Positions 38,158 to 49,699 of a stretch of DNA of 64,000 nucleotides are shown one piece after another. Source of the stretch: Mobula birostris (taxonomy: Eukaryota). The DNA is taken from NCBI RefSeq assembly GCF_030028105.1, contig NC_092394.1, forward strand, positions 45,548,477 to 45,612,476. The letters are read 5' to 3'. The notes under the pieces are model-generated. The model saw only the letters and a list, made by a program, of their open reading frames with translations, made no database searches and was not told the DNA's origin. Positions within the stretch are counted from its first letter, which is position 1. Each line of letters opens with the position of its first letter. A program made the position numbers and the translations under genes.

Positions 38158-39700
38158 TAAACATGAGGAAATCTGCAGATGCTGGAAATCCTAAGCAACA
38201 CACACTAAATGCTGGAGGAACCCAGCAGGTCAGGCAGCATCTATGGAAAAGAGTAACCAGTCATCATTTCAGACCGAGACCCTTCTCAAGGACTGAGAGT
38301 AAAGGAGGAAGGTGCCAGAATAAAAAAGGTGGGGGGGGGGGGGAGGTGGGAAGGAGGCTAGCTGGAAGGTGATAGGGAATGCCAAGTAGGTGGGAAAGGT
38401 CAAGGGCTGGAGAACGAATCTGGTAGGAGAAGAGTGGACCATTGGAGAAAGGGAAGGAGGAGGGGACCCAGGAAGGAGTGATAGGCAGGAGAGAAGAAAA
38501 TTGTTTTATCAGAAGGAGAAGTTGATATTCATGCCATCAGGCCAGAAGCTACCCAAACAGAATATAAAGTGTTGCTCCTCCACCCTGAGGGTGGCCCCAT
38601 ATTGGCACAAGAGGCAGCCACGGACTGAAATGTCAGAACGGGATTGAGAACCGGAATTAAATTGTTTGGCCACCAGGAAGTCCCGCTTGTGGCAGATGGT
38701 GCAGAGGTGCTCAACAAAGCAGTCCCCCAATTTACAATGGGGCTCACCTTTGTCACATCGGGAGGACTGGACACAATAGACAACCCCAACAGATTCACAG
38801 TTGAAGTGTTGCCTCACCTAGGTGGACTGTTTGGGGCCCTGAATGGAGGGGACAGAGGAGCTAAATGGGCAGGTGTAGCATGTTGGCCACTTTCAGGGAT
38901 ATATGCCAGGAGGGAGATTAGTGGAGAGGGACAAATACACAAGGGAATCATGAAGGGAGTGATTCCTGCAAAAAGCTGGAGGAGGGGGAGGCAGGTAAAG
39001 ATTTGTTTAGTGCATCCCTTTGGAGACGACATAAGTTGCAGAGGGTGATGTACTGGATGCGGAGGCTGATGGGGTGGGAGGTTAGGACAAGAGGAAGTCA
39101 ATCACTGTTAAGGCGGAGGGAAGGTGGGGTGAATGCAGATGTTTGGGAAATGGAGGTGCGGGTGAGGGCAGCATCAATAGTGGAGGGAGGGAAACCCCGT
39201 TCTTTGAGGAGGGCATCATGGAATGAAAAGTTGCCTCCTGGGAACAGATGCAGTGGAGGCAAAGGAATCGAAAAAAGGAATAGCATTTTTACAGGAGGTA
39301 GGATGGGAAGTGGTATAGTCAATCAAGATACCCATTGGAATCGTAAGATTTCTATAAGATGTCAGCTGGCTGTGTCTCCAGAGATGGAGTCAGAGATTGA
39401 GAAAGGGGAGGGATGCGCCTAAAATAGACTGAGTGAATTTATGGACAGGATGGAAGTCAGAGGCGTAGTTAATTAAAGTGATGAGCTCATGGGTGCATGA
39501 AGCAGTTAGCAGAGGAAGAGTTGGGGAACATTACCAGGGAAGGCTTTGACCATGGACTGTTCTAAACAGCCAATGAAGAGGCAAGTATAGCTGGGGCCCA
39601 TGGCTACCCCTTGAGTTTGGAGAAAGTAGGAGGAGCAAAAGGAAAATTTGTTGAGGGCGAGGACCAGTTCTGCCAGACAGAGAAGTAAGTGTGTGGTGTA
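38158..39700 (-). mobile_element. Penelope-like retroelement, 5'-truncated (RT C-terminus, GIY-YIG, 3' tail)
   Basis: FLQTQGVAMGPSYTCLF (RT); GVVYCVQSSRC...GE...LGDCFVEHL...EEQHFIFCLGSFWPDGMNINF (GIY-YIG); decayed hammerhead at 38258-38295. Confidence 0.88.
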
Positions 39701-40224
39701 GGGGACTGGTGGTGAATGGCAGAACATGCTTGTTGGGTCAAATGGTCAAACTCTACTTTGAGATCTTATGGTCTTATGATATCATTCATCTCACAATCAA
39801 AGACAGTCAGGTTGCAGGTGTTATGAAAAATCAAAAATAATGGAGATACTGAAAATCTGAACTAAAAACAGAAAATGCTGGAAATATCCTGCAGGTTAGG
39901 TACAAGCAGTGGAAAAGGAAACCAGAAAAATATTTCTGGTGGAAAATTTATTATCAAATAATCCATAGATCTTTCATCTGAATCATTAGCTGCTTCCAGT
40001 TCCACAGAGGTTGCCTGATCTGTTGAGCTTTTCCAGCACTTTCTGTAGTCATTATGAATGCTGGTTGATGAAGTAACCACTGCAAGTTGAACTCGCTGTT
40101 GCTGTCAAACTGAGAATCTTCCCTCCTTCACCTAAACTGAAAATAAATGCCCTTGAAATTCACTAACTTCCAATGACCTGATGTCTTTCTAGTTATCTAT
40201 TGGTCAGCACCTTTTGCATCACAG

Positions 40225-40790
40225 TCTGGGGCGGTGGGTGGCTGTGGGAATAAGGTCCCACTATCTATTAATGCTCCCAATGGCGTGCGTCTCAAATAAC
40301 TTCCGACAACCAAGTCTAACTCCTGGCCATCATGTGCTCCTTAGCTACTAGACTCAGTAGAACAGTTTCCATTGACAGAGGGGGCAAAGGTTGGTTAATG
40401 GCACCTTAAAACCAGTCTCTTCTTGCAGAAGGGGCCCGGTCAGCCTTGGCTGTCAGTTCATTGAGAAGGAAACCTCCACAACCTTGAGGCTATACCCACT
40501 AGTGGGGAAGGCTTCAAGAGTAAACTCCAAGGAAAAATCCAGAGCTGGAATCCCTAAGGCAGTCCTAAGTTGAGTTCAATGCTGACTGGCAACTTCTGCG
40601 ACGCCACTGGTGCCAAACTATCAGTCTCTGCCATTCCTTTGAATTCATCAACCGCGTGGAGAGTGGGAGCCTGCTGCATGGGCAACAGGCTGCTCTCCAA
40701 ATCGTACCGCCCTGACTTGCACATGACAGCTAGGACGCGACACCCATGGTCGACCTCGATCAACGGAGGGCCTTACCATCCTTTCCTCTG
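40225..40790. mobile_element. Unclassified interspersed repeat, possibly RTE-related SINE
   Basis: Block richer in GC than its flanks with no credible ORF; recognised by eye only. Confidence 0.3.
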
Positions 40791-41094
40791 AACAAAATGG
40801 GAGCATAAATAGAACATTCAGTCTCTGTACCTGCTCTACCATTTAACAAGATTATGGCTCTAACTTTTAATGCTATTTTACAGCATGTGATGGTAATCCT
40901 TAAACCTCTAGCTTAACAAGAATTTATCAATTTCTGCCTTCACAATATTTAAAGATTCTCCTTCTACCATTTTTTAAGGAAATTTCCAAAACTCATGACC
41001 TTGAGTGTCTTGAACAGCTAGCCCCTTATTTTTAAAGAGCCCTAAGTCTTCCCATAATAGGAAATAGTATATGTGACAAGAATAAACTAATACC

Positions 41095-42607
41095 AATAAC
41101 CATATAACAATTACAGCACGGAAACAGGCCATCTCGGCCCTTCTCGTCTGTGCCGAGCTCTTACTCTCACCTAGTACCACCGCCTGCACTCAGCCCATAA
41201 CCCTCCATTCCTTTCCTGTCCATATATCTATCCAATTTAACTTTAAACGATAACATTGAACCTGCCTCAACCACTTCTGGTGGAAGCTCGTTCCATACAG
41301 CTACCACTCTGAGTAAAGAAGTTCCCCCTCATGTTACCCCTAAACTTTTGCCCTTTAACTCTCAATTCATGTCCTCTTGTTTGAATCTCTCCCATTCTCA
41401 ATGGAAAAAGCCTATCCACGTCAACTCTATCGATCCCCCTCATAATTTTAAACACCTCTATCAAGTCCCCCCTTAACCTTCTACACTCCAAAGAATAAAG
41501 ACCTAACTTGTTCAACCTTTCTCTGTAACCTAGATGAAACCCAGGCAACATTTTAGTAAATCTCCTCTGTACCCTCTCAATTTTATTGACATCTTTCCTA
41601 TAATTCGGTGACCAGAACTGTACACAATACTCCAAATTTGGTCTTACCAATGCCTCATACAATTTCAACATTACATCCCAACCCCTATACTCAATGCTCT
41701 GATTAATAAAGGCCAGCATACCAAAGGTTTTCTTCACCACTCTATCCACATGAGATTCCACCGTCAGGGAACTATGCACCATTATTCCTAGATCCTTCTG
41801 TTCTACAGCATTCTTCAATGCCCTACCATTTACCATGTATGTCCTATTTTGATTAGTCCTGCCAAAATGTAGCACCTCACATTTTTCAGCATTAAGCTCC
41901 ACCTGCCGTCTTTCAGCCCACTCTTCTAACTGGCCTAAATCTCTCTGCAAGTTTTGAAAACCTACTTCATTATCCACAACGCCACCTATCTTGGTATCAT
42001 CTGCATACTTACTAATCCAATTTACCACCCCATCATCCAAATCATTAATAATATGACAAACAACACTGGACCCAGTACAGATCCCTGAGGCACACCGCTA
42101 CACACCGTCCTCCAATCTGACACAGTTATCCACCACTACTCTCTGGCGTTTCCCATCCAGCCACTGCTGAATACATTTTACTACTTCGATATTAAAGCCT
42201 AACGATTGAACCTTTCTAACTAACCTTCTGTGTAGAACCTTGTCAAAGGCCTTACTGAAGTCCATATAGACAACATCCACCACTTTACCCTCGTCAACTT
42301 TCCTAGTAACCTCATCAAAAAATTCTATAAGATTTGTCAAACATGACCTTCCACGCACAAATCCATGTTGACTGTTCCTAATCAGACCCTGTCTTTCCAG
42401 ATAATTATATATACCATCTCTAAGAATACCTTCCATCAATTTACCCACCACTGACGTCAAACTCACAGGCCGATAATTGCTAGGTTTACTCTTAGAACCC
42501 TTTTTAAACAATGGAGCCACATGAGCAATACGCCAATCCTCCGGCACCATCCCCATTTCTAATGACATTTGAAATATTTCTGTCAGAGCCCCTGCTATTT
42601 CCACACT
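41095..42607 (-). mobile_element. Young CR1 LINE, 5'-truncated
   Basis: ORFs 42098-42667 and 41267-42040: NYRPVSLTSVVGKLME...YMDFSKAFDKV...KYADDTKIG; (TTATATGG)-type tail. Confidence 0.92.
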
Positions 42608-42619
42608 ATTTAAATATTT

Positions 42620-43185
42620 AAACAATACACACAAAATGTTAGAGCAACTCAGCAGGCCAGGCAACATCTATGGAAAAAAGCACAGTCAATGTTTCAGGCC
42701 ATAACCCCTCGAAAGGACTGGAGAAAAAACACTGAGGAATAGATTTGGAAGAGAGAAACACCACGTGATAGGTGAAACTTGCAGGTGGAGAGATGAAACA
42801 GAGTTAGGAAGTTGATTGGTGAAAGAGACAGAAGGCCATGGAAAAAAGAAGAAAGAGGGGAGAAATGCACCAGAGGGAGCCCATGGGCTGGCAAGGAGAT
42901 AACATGAGAAAGGGACCAGGGGATGGGAAATGGTGAAGGGGGCAGTGGAGGCATTACTGGAATCAATGTTCATACCATCTGGTTGGAGGCTACCCAAACA
43001 GAATACAAGGTGTTCCTCCGGCCTAAGCGTGGCTTTATCCCGACAGTAGAGGAGGACGTGGATGAACATATCAGAATGGGAAGTGGAATTAAAATGGGTG
43101 GCCACTGGGGAATCCTGTTTGTTCTGGCAGATGGAGCATAGCTGCTTGGTGAAGCAGTCTCCCAATCTATGTCGGGTCTCACTTC
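42620..43185 (-). mobile_element. Penelope-like 3' fragment (inverted partner of 43186-44637)
   Basis: ETRHRLGDCF...PVATHFNSTSHSDM...LGSLQPDGMNID plus tail with a decayed hammerhead at 42683-42720. Confidence 0.85.
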
Positions 43186-44637
43186 CTTCAAACAAAAGTG
43201 GTAACCATGGGCACTCGCATGGGTCCCAGCTATGCCTGCCTGTTTTTCGGCTACGTGGAACAGCAAGCCTTCACTGGTGACCGTCCCGCACTTTTCCTAT
43301 GCTACATCGACAACTGCATTGGTGCTGCTTCCATGCTGAACTCGTCAATTTCATCCACTCTGCCTGCAACTTCCACCCAGTCCTCAAATTTGCCCGGTCC
43401 ATTTCCAACACTTCCCTTCCCTTTCTCACTCTCACTGTCTCTATCTCCAGAGACAGCTTATCCACTGATGTCTATTATAAACCAACGGACTCTCACAGCT
43501 ACCTGAACTATACCTTGTTCCACACTGCTACTTGTAAAAATGCCATCCCCTTCTCTCAATTCTTCCACCTCTGCTGCCTCTGCTCTCAGGATGAGGCTTT
43601 TCATTCTAGAACAAAGGGGGCATCCTCCTTTTTCAAAGAAAGGGGCTTCCCTTCCTCCACCATCAACACTGCCCTCACCCGCATCTCTTCCATTTCACGC
43701 ACATCTGCTCTTACCCAATCTTCTGCAACGCTACCAGGGCTAGGGTTCCTCTTGTTCTCACCTACCACCCCACCAGCCTCCCACTAAACACATCTTTCCC
43801 TCCCCCAACTTTCTGCAGGGATCGCTCCCTACACAACTCGCTCATTCATTCATTCATCCCTTCCCACTGATCTCCCTCCTGGCACTTATCCTTGCAAGCA
43901 GAACAAGTGCTACACCTACCCCTACACTTCCTCCCTCACTACCATCCAGGGCCCTAACCAGTCCTTCCAGGTGAGGCGACACTTTACCTGTGGGTCTTTT
44001 GGAGTCATTTACTGCGGTCTGTGCTCCTGGTGTGACCTCCTGTATATCAGTGAGACCCGACGTTGACTGGGAAACCGCCTCGCTGAGTATCTACGCTCCT
44101 TCCACCAGAACAAGTGGGATCTCCCTGTGGCCACCCATTTTAATTCCATTTCCCATTCTGATATGTCCATCCATGGAGTCCTCCACTGTTGTGATGAGAC
44201 CACACTTAGGACAGAGGAACAACACCTTATATTCCATTTGGGTACCCACCAACCTGATAGCATGAATATCAATTTCTCAAACTTCTGGTAATGCCCCCCC
44301 TTTTCCCTCTCACCTCATCACCTTGCCTGCCCATCGCCTCCCTCTGGTGCTCCTTCCCCCCTTTTTCTTTCTTCCACAGCCTTCTGTCTCTTTCACCAAT
44401 CAATCCCAGCTCTTTACTTCATCCCTCCCCTCCAAGTTTCACCCATCACCAGCTGGTTCTCTCTCCCCTCCATAAATCTGCTCCGCAGCTTTGTTTGTTC
44501 AGTCCTGCCGAAGGGTTTCAGCCCAAAACATCAACTGTCCTTTTTTTTACTCCATAGACGTGCCTGGCCTGCTGAGTTCCTCCAGCATCTTGCACATGTT
44601 GCTCAGATTTCCAACATCTGCAGATTTTCTTGTTTCT
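43186..44637 (+). mobile_element. Penelope-like retroelement, 5'-truncated
   Basis: MGTRMGPSYACLF...CYIDNCIG (YIDD site), TDVYYKPTDSHSYL, a GIY-YIG region, and a tail with a decayed hammerhead at 44501-44536. Confidence 0.9.
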
Positions 44638-44993
44638 ATATTTTGCCATAATAGGAAACTTCCCATCTCTTCACGTGCCCTCTCTCAAGCCTCTCATCTG
44701 TTTCAGTCACATCCTCACTGACTCTTCCAATTTCCAGTGGATACCAGTCCAGTCTGTCCAAATGTTCCCTCATAGCCAGCTATACCAGAATGGTATATTG
44801 GGCTATATATTCCACAGGAGTGAAAGTGAAGAATCACACTTCCATTATTGACTAGCCTGCCTGGTGTTAACTTCATCTCAGGTTTCCAACGGGACAGGGT
44901 TTGAACATGAAACACAGGATGGTACAGCACTGGTAGAGGCCCTTCAGCCCATAATGTCTGTGTTAAGCACAAAACCAAATTACACCAAATCTC

Positions 44994-45133
44994 AAACACC
45001 AGGAAATCTGCAAACGCTGGAATTTCAAGCAACACACATAAAAATTGCTGGTGAACGCAGCAGGCCAGGCAGCATCTATAGGAAGAGGTACAGTCGACGT
45101 TTCAGACCAAGACCCTTCGTCAGACCTAACTGA
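44994..45133 (-). mobile_element. Short PLE-tail insert (hammerhead-bearing)
   Basis: Near-identical to 10998-11135 in reverse orientation; interrupts a CR1 tail remnant. Confidence 0.82.
45092..45127 (-). ncRNA. Hammerhead motif, core intact, stem I altered
   Basis: Minus strand AGGT-CTGACGA-AGGGTCTTGGTCT-GAAA-CG-TC-GACT. Confidence 0.6.
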
Positions 45134-45562
45134 AAGCGATAGTACTAAATCTCTTCTGCCTATACATGAACCATTTATCTACACTTCCCGACTAGACTTT
45201 TCACTGCACCCTGGTACATGTGACAATAAACTAATACCAATATTCAAATACTCTTGAACACCACTGTAACATCGGTTTCCATCACAACTTCTTGCAGCCC
45301 TAGTCTTGGTGATCAGTGAGGCTTCTTTGAGAAGGGCCCCATTCATTCACGTGCAATCACCATTCTGGTAGAGGCAATTACACTAATTAGCTGGTCGAGC
45401 AGCATTTGTGGGGGCAAAGTAATTCCTCCTCTCACAGATGCTGCTCGACTCTCGAGCTCACTCAGCAGATTGCTTGTTGCTCCAGACTGAAGTATTGCAA
45501 TCTCCCGTGCCACCATAGATTATTTCCAATACAGAAGCCACATCTAACGGAGAGACACTAAC

Positions 45563-45673
45563 CCGCTGACACTTGGGCACCACAGCAACCGGGCCCTTGG
45601 CCTGCTCACAACTCAGACACGAACGGATCCCTCGGCAGCCGCAGCTTGTCTGCGCGGCGGCCTTGGTAGCCAT
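45563..45673 (-). CDS. ALKBH4: ALKBH4 exon 1
   Basis: MATKAAAQTSCGCRGIRSCLSCEQ... contains the ALKBH4 N-terminal CGCxGIRxCLxCE cluster. Donor CGG|GTTAGT; 111 nt, phase 0. Confidence 0.9.
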
Positions 45674-45929
45674 TGTCAGGACGTCCCCACCCCGCCCCCC
45701 TACTTGGGGGCCTCCGAGCGTCCGTCTCCAGCCGCCGCCAACACCGGCCAACCGCACAACTCCAGCCCGGTGCGGCCACCGCGGCGCGCGTGCGCACTGA
45801 AAGACTCGCGCGCGCCGGGTATGAACGCGGCCAAGCCCAGCGCGCATGCGCGCCAAAAGCTGCCGGCCGACCCCCGCGTCGCGCGCGCGCCGGCTGTGAA
45901 CGTTTCCGAGCGCGGCGGCGGCGCGCGGA

Positions 45930-45985
45930 CCCGCTGAAATTTGACGAGCTTCCGGGAACGAACCGGCGCAGCAGGGGTGCAGAAG
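45930..45985 (+). other. LRWD1: Probable non-coding 5'UTR exon of LRWD1 (start approximate)
   Basis: Strong donor AAG|GTGAGC at 45985/45986 on the right flank of the CpG island; the ATG-bearing exon at 54726 begins with a splice acceptor. Confidence 0.55.
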
Positions 45986-46587
45986 GTGAGCGGTGTCGGT
46001 GCTGGGAAAGTTAATGCAAATGTTTCCTGGTTTATTCGGTGTCATGGCAGCCCCCGCGGCGGTGTCCACGTGTGGCTCCTTGCACCCAGTGCTGAGGGTG
46101 ATTACAGAGGGACAGTGGCAAGTTACTACTGTTTCCAGGCTTTTCCCGTTAATAGACGGTAAAAGCAAACCGTTCACTTTTCATAGACGCTACAGGACCT
46201 GCAGAATGTGTGCAACTTTCTTCCTTTTAATTTAGATTTCGAGCTTAATGTCTACATACACTTCTTATCCTATTAATTTGTTCTGGATAAATAATTTGTT
46301 CTTTGAGTTCACAACTGTTTCAAAAACTGGATATTTTTAAAAGCTGTATATATGGCAAATAAAAGCGAGGAAAAATTGCTTCATTTGGCAGGTCAAGCAG
46401 CATCTGCGGAAAGGGATCAGACACTTATCTGAAATTGGGTAAGGAGAAAAAGATGCTTTGGCTAGAGCGCGAGAGGGATTAACATAACGGGAATATTGTT
46501 GACTAGCTGACTAGGGTTCCCATGAATGTAAATTGTTCATGACCTAATGTGGTTGATTAATGAGGACAATTGAGCGAGAAAATACAC

Positions 46588-47068
46588 TAAGGCCAGTGAT
46601 GTGGGGATGGAACTGGACTCTCTGACGGTGGTGTCTGAAAAGAGGATGCTGTCCAAGTTGCATGCCATCTTGGACAATGTCTATTATCCACTACATAATG
46701 TACTGGTTGGGCACAGGAGTAGATTCAGCCAGGGACTCATTCCACCGAGATGCAACACAGAGCGTCATAGGAAGTCATTCCTGCCTGTGGCCATCAAACT
46801 TTACAACTCCTCCCTTGGAGGGTCAGACACCCTGAGCCAATAGGCTGGTCCTGGACTTATTTCATAATTTACTGGCATAATTTACATATTACTATTTAAC
46901 TATTTGTTACTATTTTCTATTACTATTCTATTACTATTTATTTCCATGACTATTACTATTTACTAATAGTAATATTACTATTACTATTTCTATTACTATT
47001 TATTATTTATGATGCAACTGTAACGAAAACCAATTTCCCCCGGGATCAATAAAGTATGACTATGACTA
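46588..47068 (+). mobile_element. Young 5'-truncated Rex1/Babar-like LINE
   Basis: GMELDSLTVVSEKRMLSKLHAILDNV...GGSDTLSQ; (TATGAC)n tail; almost identical to the 3' end of 50996-52360. Confidence 0.88.
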
Positions 47069-48254
47069 AACGTAGAGCTAGCTGTAATGGCATGCTTAGT
47101 AGATCAGGCCATGCTAGGTAAGAATGAAAATCTGAACTAATATTCCGAATGGATGGATGCAAATGAGGGTGTACCACTAAAAAATACCTTTCTCTCCGCT
47201 TTCAGCGTTCCAAAGAGTCTATTCTAATTGTGATTTCTGGTCCACTCTTCTGATTCCACTGTCTATTCCCCTTGGGTCATCTCTTTAAAACCACAAGAGA
47301 TGCAACACCCGTCTTTACTTCATTTGCGTGTTTTCCCCCATTTTGGCATACTGCATTTGGTGTTTACAACATAGTCTCCCACACACTGGAGAAACCAAGT
47401 GCAGACTGTGTGACTGCTTTACAACAATAGTCAGTCTGGAAGGCCAACCCTGACTTCCCAGTTAAGTCTCCATCCCATTCACACTGACCTGTGTGATTGT
47501 AGTTTCCTCCACTGTTATAATGAGGCCCAAAGCAAACTTCAGGAACTACACTTTGTCTTTTGTCAGGGTACATTGCAGCCTTACACAATCAATAACTTTC
47601 TTCATGCTATAACTGACCAGTTGTGCTGTTGTCATTCATTTATATTATTTGCTCCTTTTCTTTGTTCCTCACAAATACGGCCTGACCTGTTAGGTATTCC
47701 CTACAACTGTGCACTTTGCACCTTTCACATCCTTTATTCATGCTCTCTTTTTAACTGTCCTATTAAAATACTAACCAGATTACATCATCTACAGTCTATC
47801 CCCCATGGTAATTGGCCCCACCATATCATAAGAATACCCTTTATCCCATCCATTCAATCTGCCCTCCCACATTCTGTCTGCTGCAACTTAAAACCAACTT
47901 GATCACTCTCTTTCCTAGGTTTGATGAAGGAGCTTTGACCTGGAATATTAACTGTTCCTCTTTCCACAGATTCTGTTTGACATGCTGAGTTTTCCAGCAA
48001 TTGTTTCAGACTTCAAATGACTGGAGATCTTTGTTTTTATTTCCTTTTAACATGGAATTCTCAATTATGGAGTGCTGCGGAGATTCCATCATTGACTTTG
48101 ATCAAAAAAGTAATCAGTAGATTTCTGGACAGTAGGGGAATTGAGATATAGGGATAATGCAGGAAAGTGGCACTGAGGTGAAAGACCAGCCATGAAGTTG
48201 ATGATTGGCAGAGAAGAATCAAGAGGACTAAAGTAGCCTTTATCCACGTAAGAG

Positions 48255-49620
48255 ATTCTGCCAAGTCTGGAAATTGTGAGCAATACGCATAAAATGCTGG
48301 AGGAACTCAACAAATCTGACAGCAGCCATGGAGGGGAATAAAATGTTGACATTTTGGGCCAAGACTTTTCATCGGAACTGGAAAAGAAGGGGCTGAAATC
48401 AGAATAAGAAGGTGGAAGGAGAGGAAGGAGTACGTGCTGGCAGGTTTTAGGTGAGACCAGTTTAAGGGGAGGGCGGGTGAGGAGTGGGCTGGAAAGGGAT
48501 AGGTGAAAAAGATAAAGGTCTGAAGAAGAAGGAATCCGATGGGAGAGGAGAGTGGATCATGGAAGAAAGGGAAGAAGGAGGGGAACCAGAGGGAGGTGAT
48601 AGGCAGGTGTGGAAAGTAAAGGAGTGAGAGGGTAATCAGAATGAGGAATGGAGAGGGGGCGAGGGGTGAGAAATTACCATAAATTGGAGAAATCAATGTT
48701 CATGCCATCAGGTTGAAGACTGCTGAGACAGAATATGAAGTGTTGCTCCTCCAACCTGAGTTTAGCTTCATTGTGGCAGCAGAGAAGGCCACAGACATGT
48801 CAGAATAAGGATGCAATGTTGAATTAAAATGGGTAGCCGCTGTCAAGTCTTGCCTCTTGCAGCTGAGGCGGTGAAGTTGTGCAACAAAGTTAGTGACAAC
48901 TGTAGCATATTCATTCAGACTCAAAGATGAACCCCTGAATATTGTGCAGTCCACAACCTCAAAGTAGTCCTGTAAGTGCTCCTTTGCTTCGCTTGACCAT
49001 ACCTTGGTCCTCACCACTGGTGCTGCTGTCTTTAGCCTCGGCCTACACGCTGGGAGTGGAAGTACAACTAGATGATCAAACTTTCCAAAGTGTGGGTGTG
49101 GGATGGGCTGATGAGAGTTTTTGATGGTGGTATGACAGTGCTGAAATGTGTTGGCTCCTCTGGTGATATGTTGGTGGTAGTTGTTCAGGGACTTTTTCAA
49201 GCTGGCTTGGTTGAAACCTCCCACAATGATAAGGAAACTTCAGGGTGCACAGTTTCATGCCTGCTGGTTATGCTGCTCAGTTCCTCCAGAACCTGCCTGA
49301 CGTTGGCCTGATGTGGAATGTGAACCGCTACCAGGATGATGGAGGAAAGGTCCTTTGCCAGACTGCATCTGACCACGTTCGGGTGACTTGGACTGAAACA
49401 GGACCACACAGGCATAGCTAGGGCCTACACCAGTGTCCATGGCTTCCCCTTTAGTTCAGAAAAAGTTGGAGGAGCCAAAAGAGTTGTTGAGGGTGAGGCT
49501 CAGATCTGCCCGCCTTTGGAAGATGGTGGTAGAGGGTAAGTGGTCAGATCTGTTAACAAGAAAGAAGCAGGGATCTTTAAAGCCTTCCTGATGAGGGATG
49601 TAAGTGTCTAGGGACTGGTC
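48255..49620 (-). mobile_element. Penelope-like fragments surrounding a Rex1-like endonuclease fragment (about 48860-49385)
   Basis: PLE tail and GIY-YIG at 48255-48860; GVGPSYAC RT piece at 49390-49620; between them GFNQASLKK...HITRGANT..HC...FGKFDHLVVL (APE endonuclease). Confidence 0.75.
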
Positions 49621-49699
49621 CTGATACTAAACACTGTTTTCCTACTCTTGTGCTTTTAACTTACAATGCTTGGTTTGTGCCAGGATTGGGGTGGTTGAA

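Larger units (their letters stand above)
45560..46080. promoter_or_regulatory. CpG island / bidirectional ALKBH4-LRWD1 promoter
   Basis: Very GC- and CpG-rich. NRF1-type GCGCATGCGC at 45842-45851 and GCGCGTGCGCA at 45786-45796; E2F-type GCGCCAAA at 45850-45857. Confidence 0.8.

Noticed and set aside
45458-46177. 239-aa ORF as an N-terminally extended ALKBH4
   Set aside because: Only 45673-45563 resembles ALKBH4; the upstream part is stop-poor CpG-island sequence spanning the promoter.
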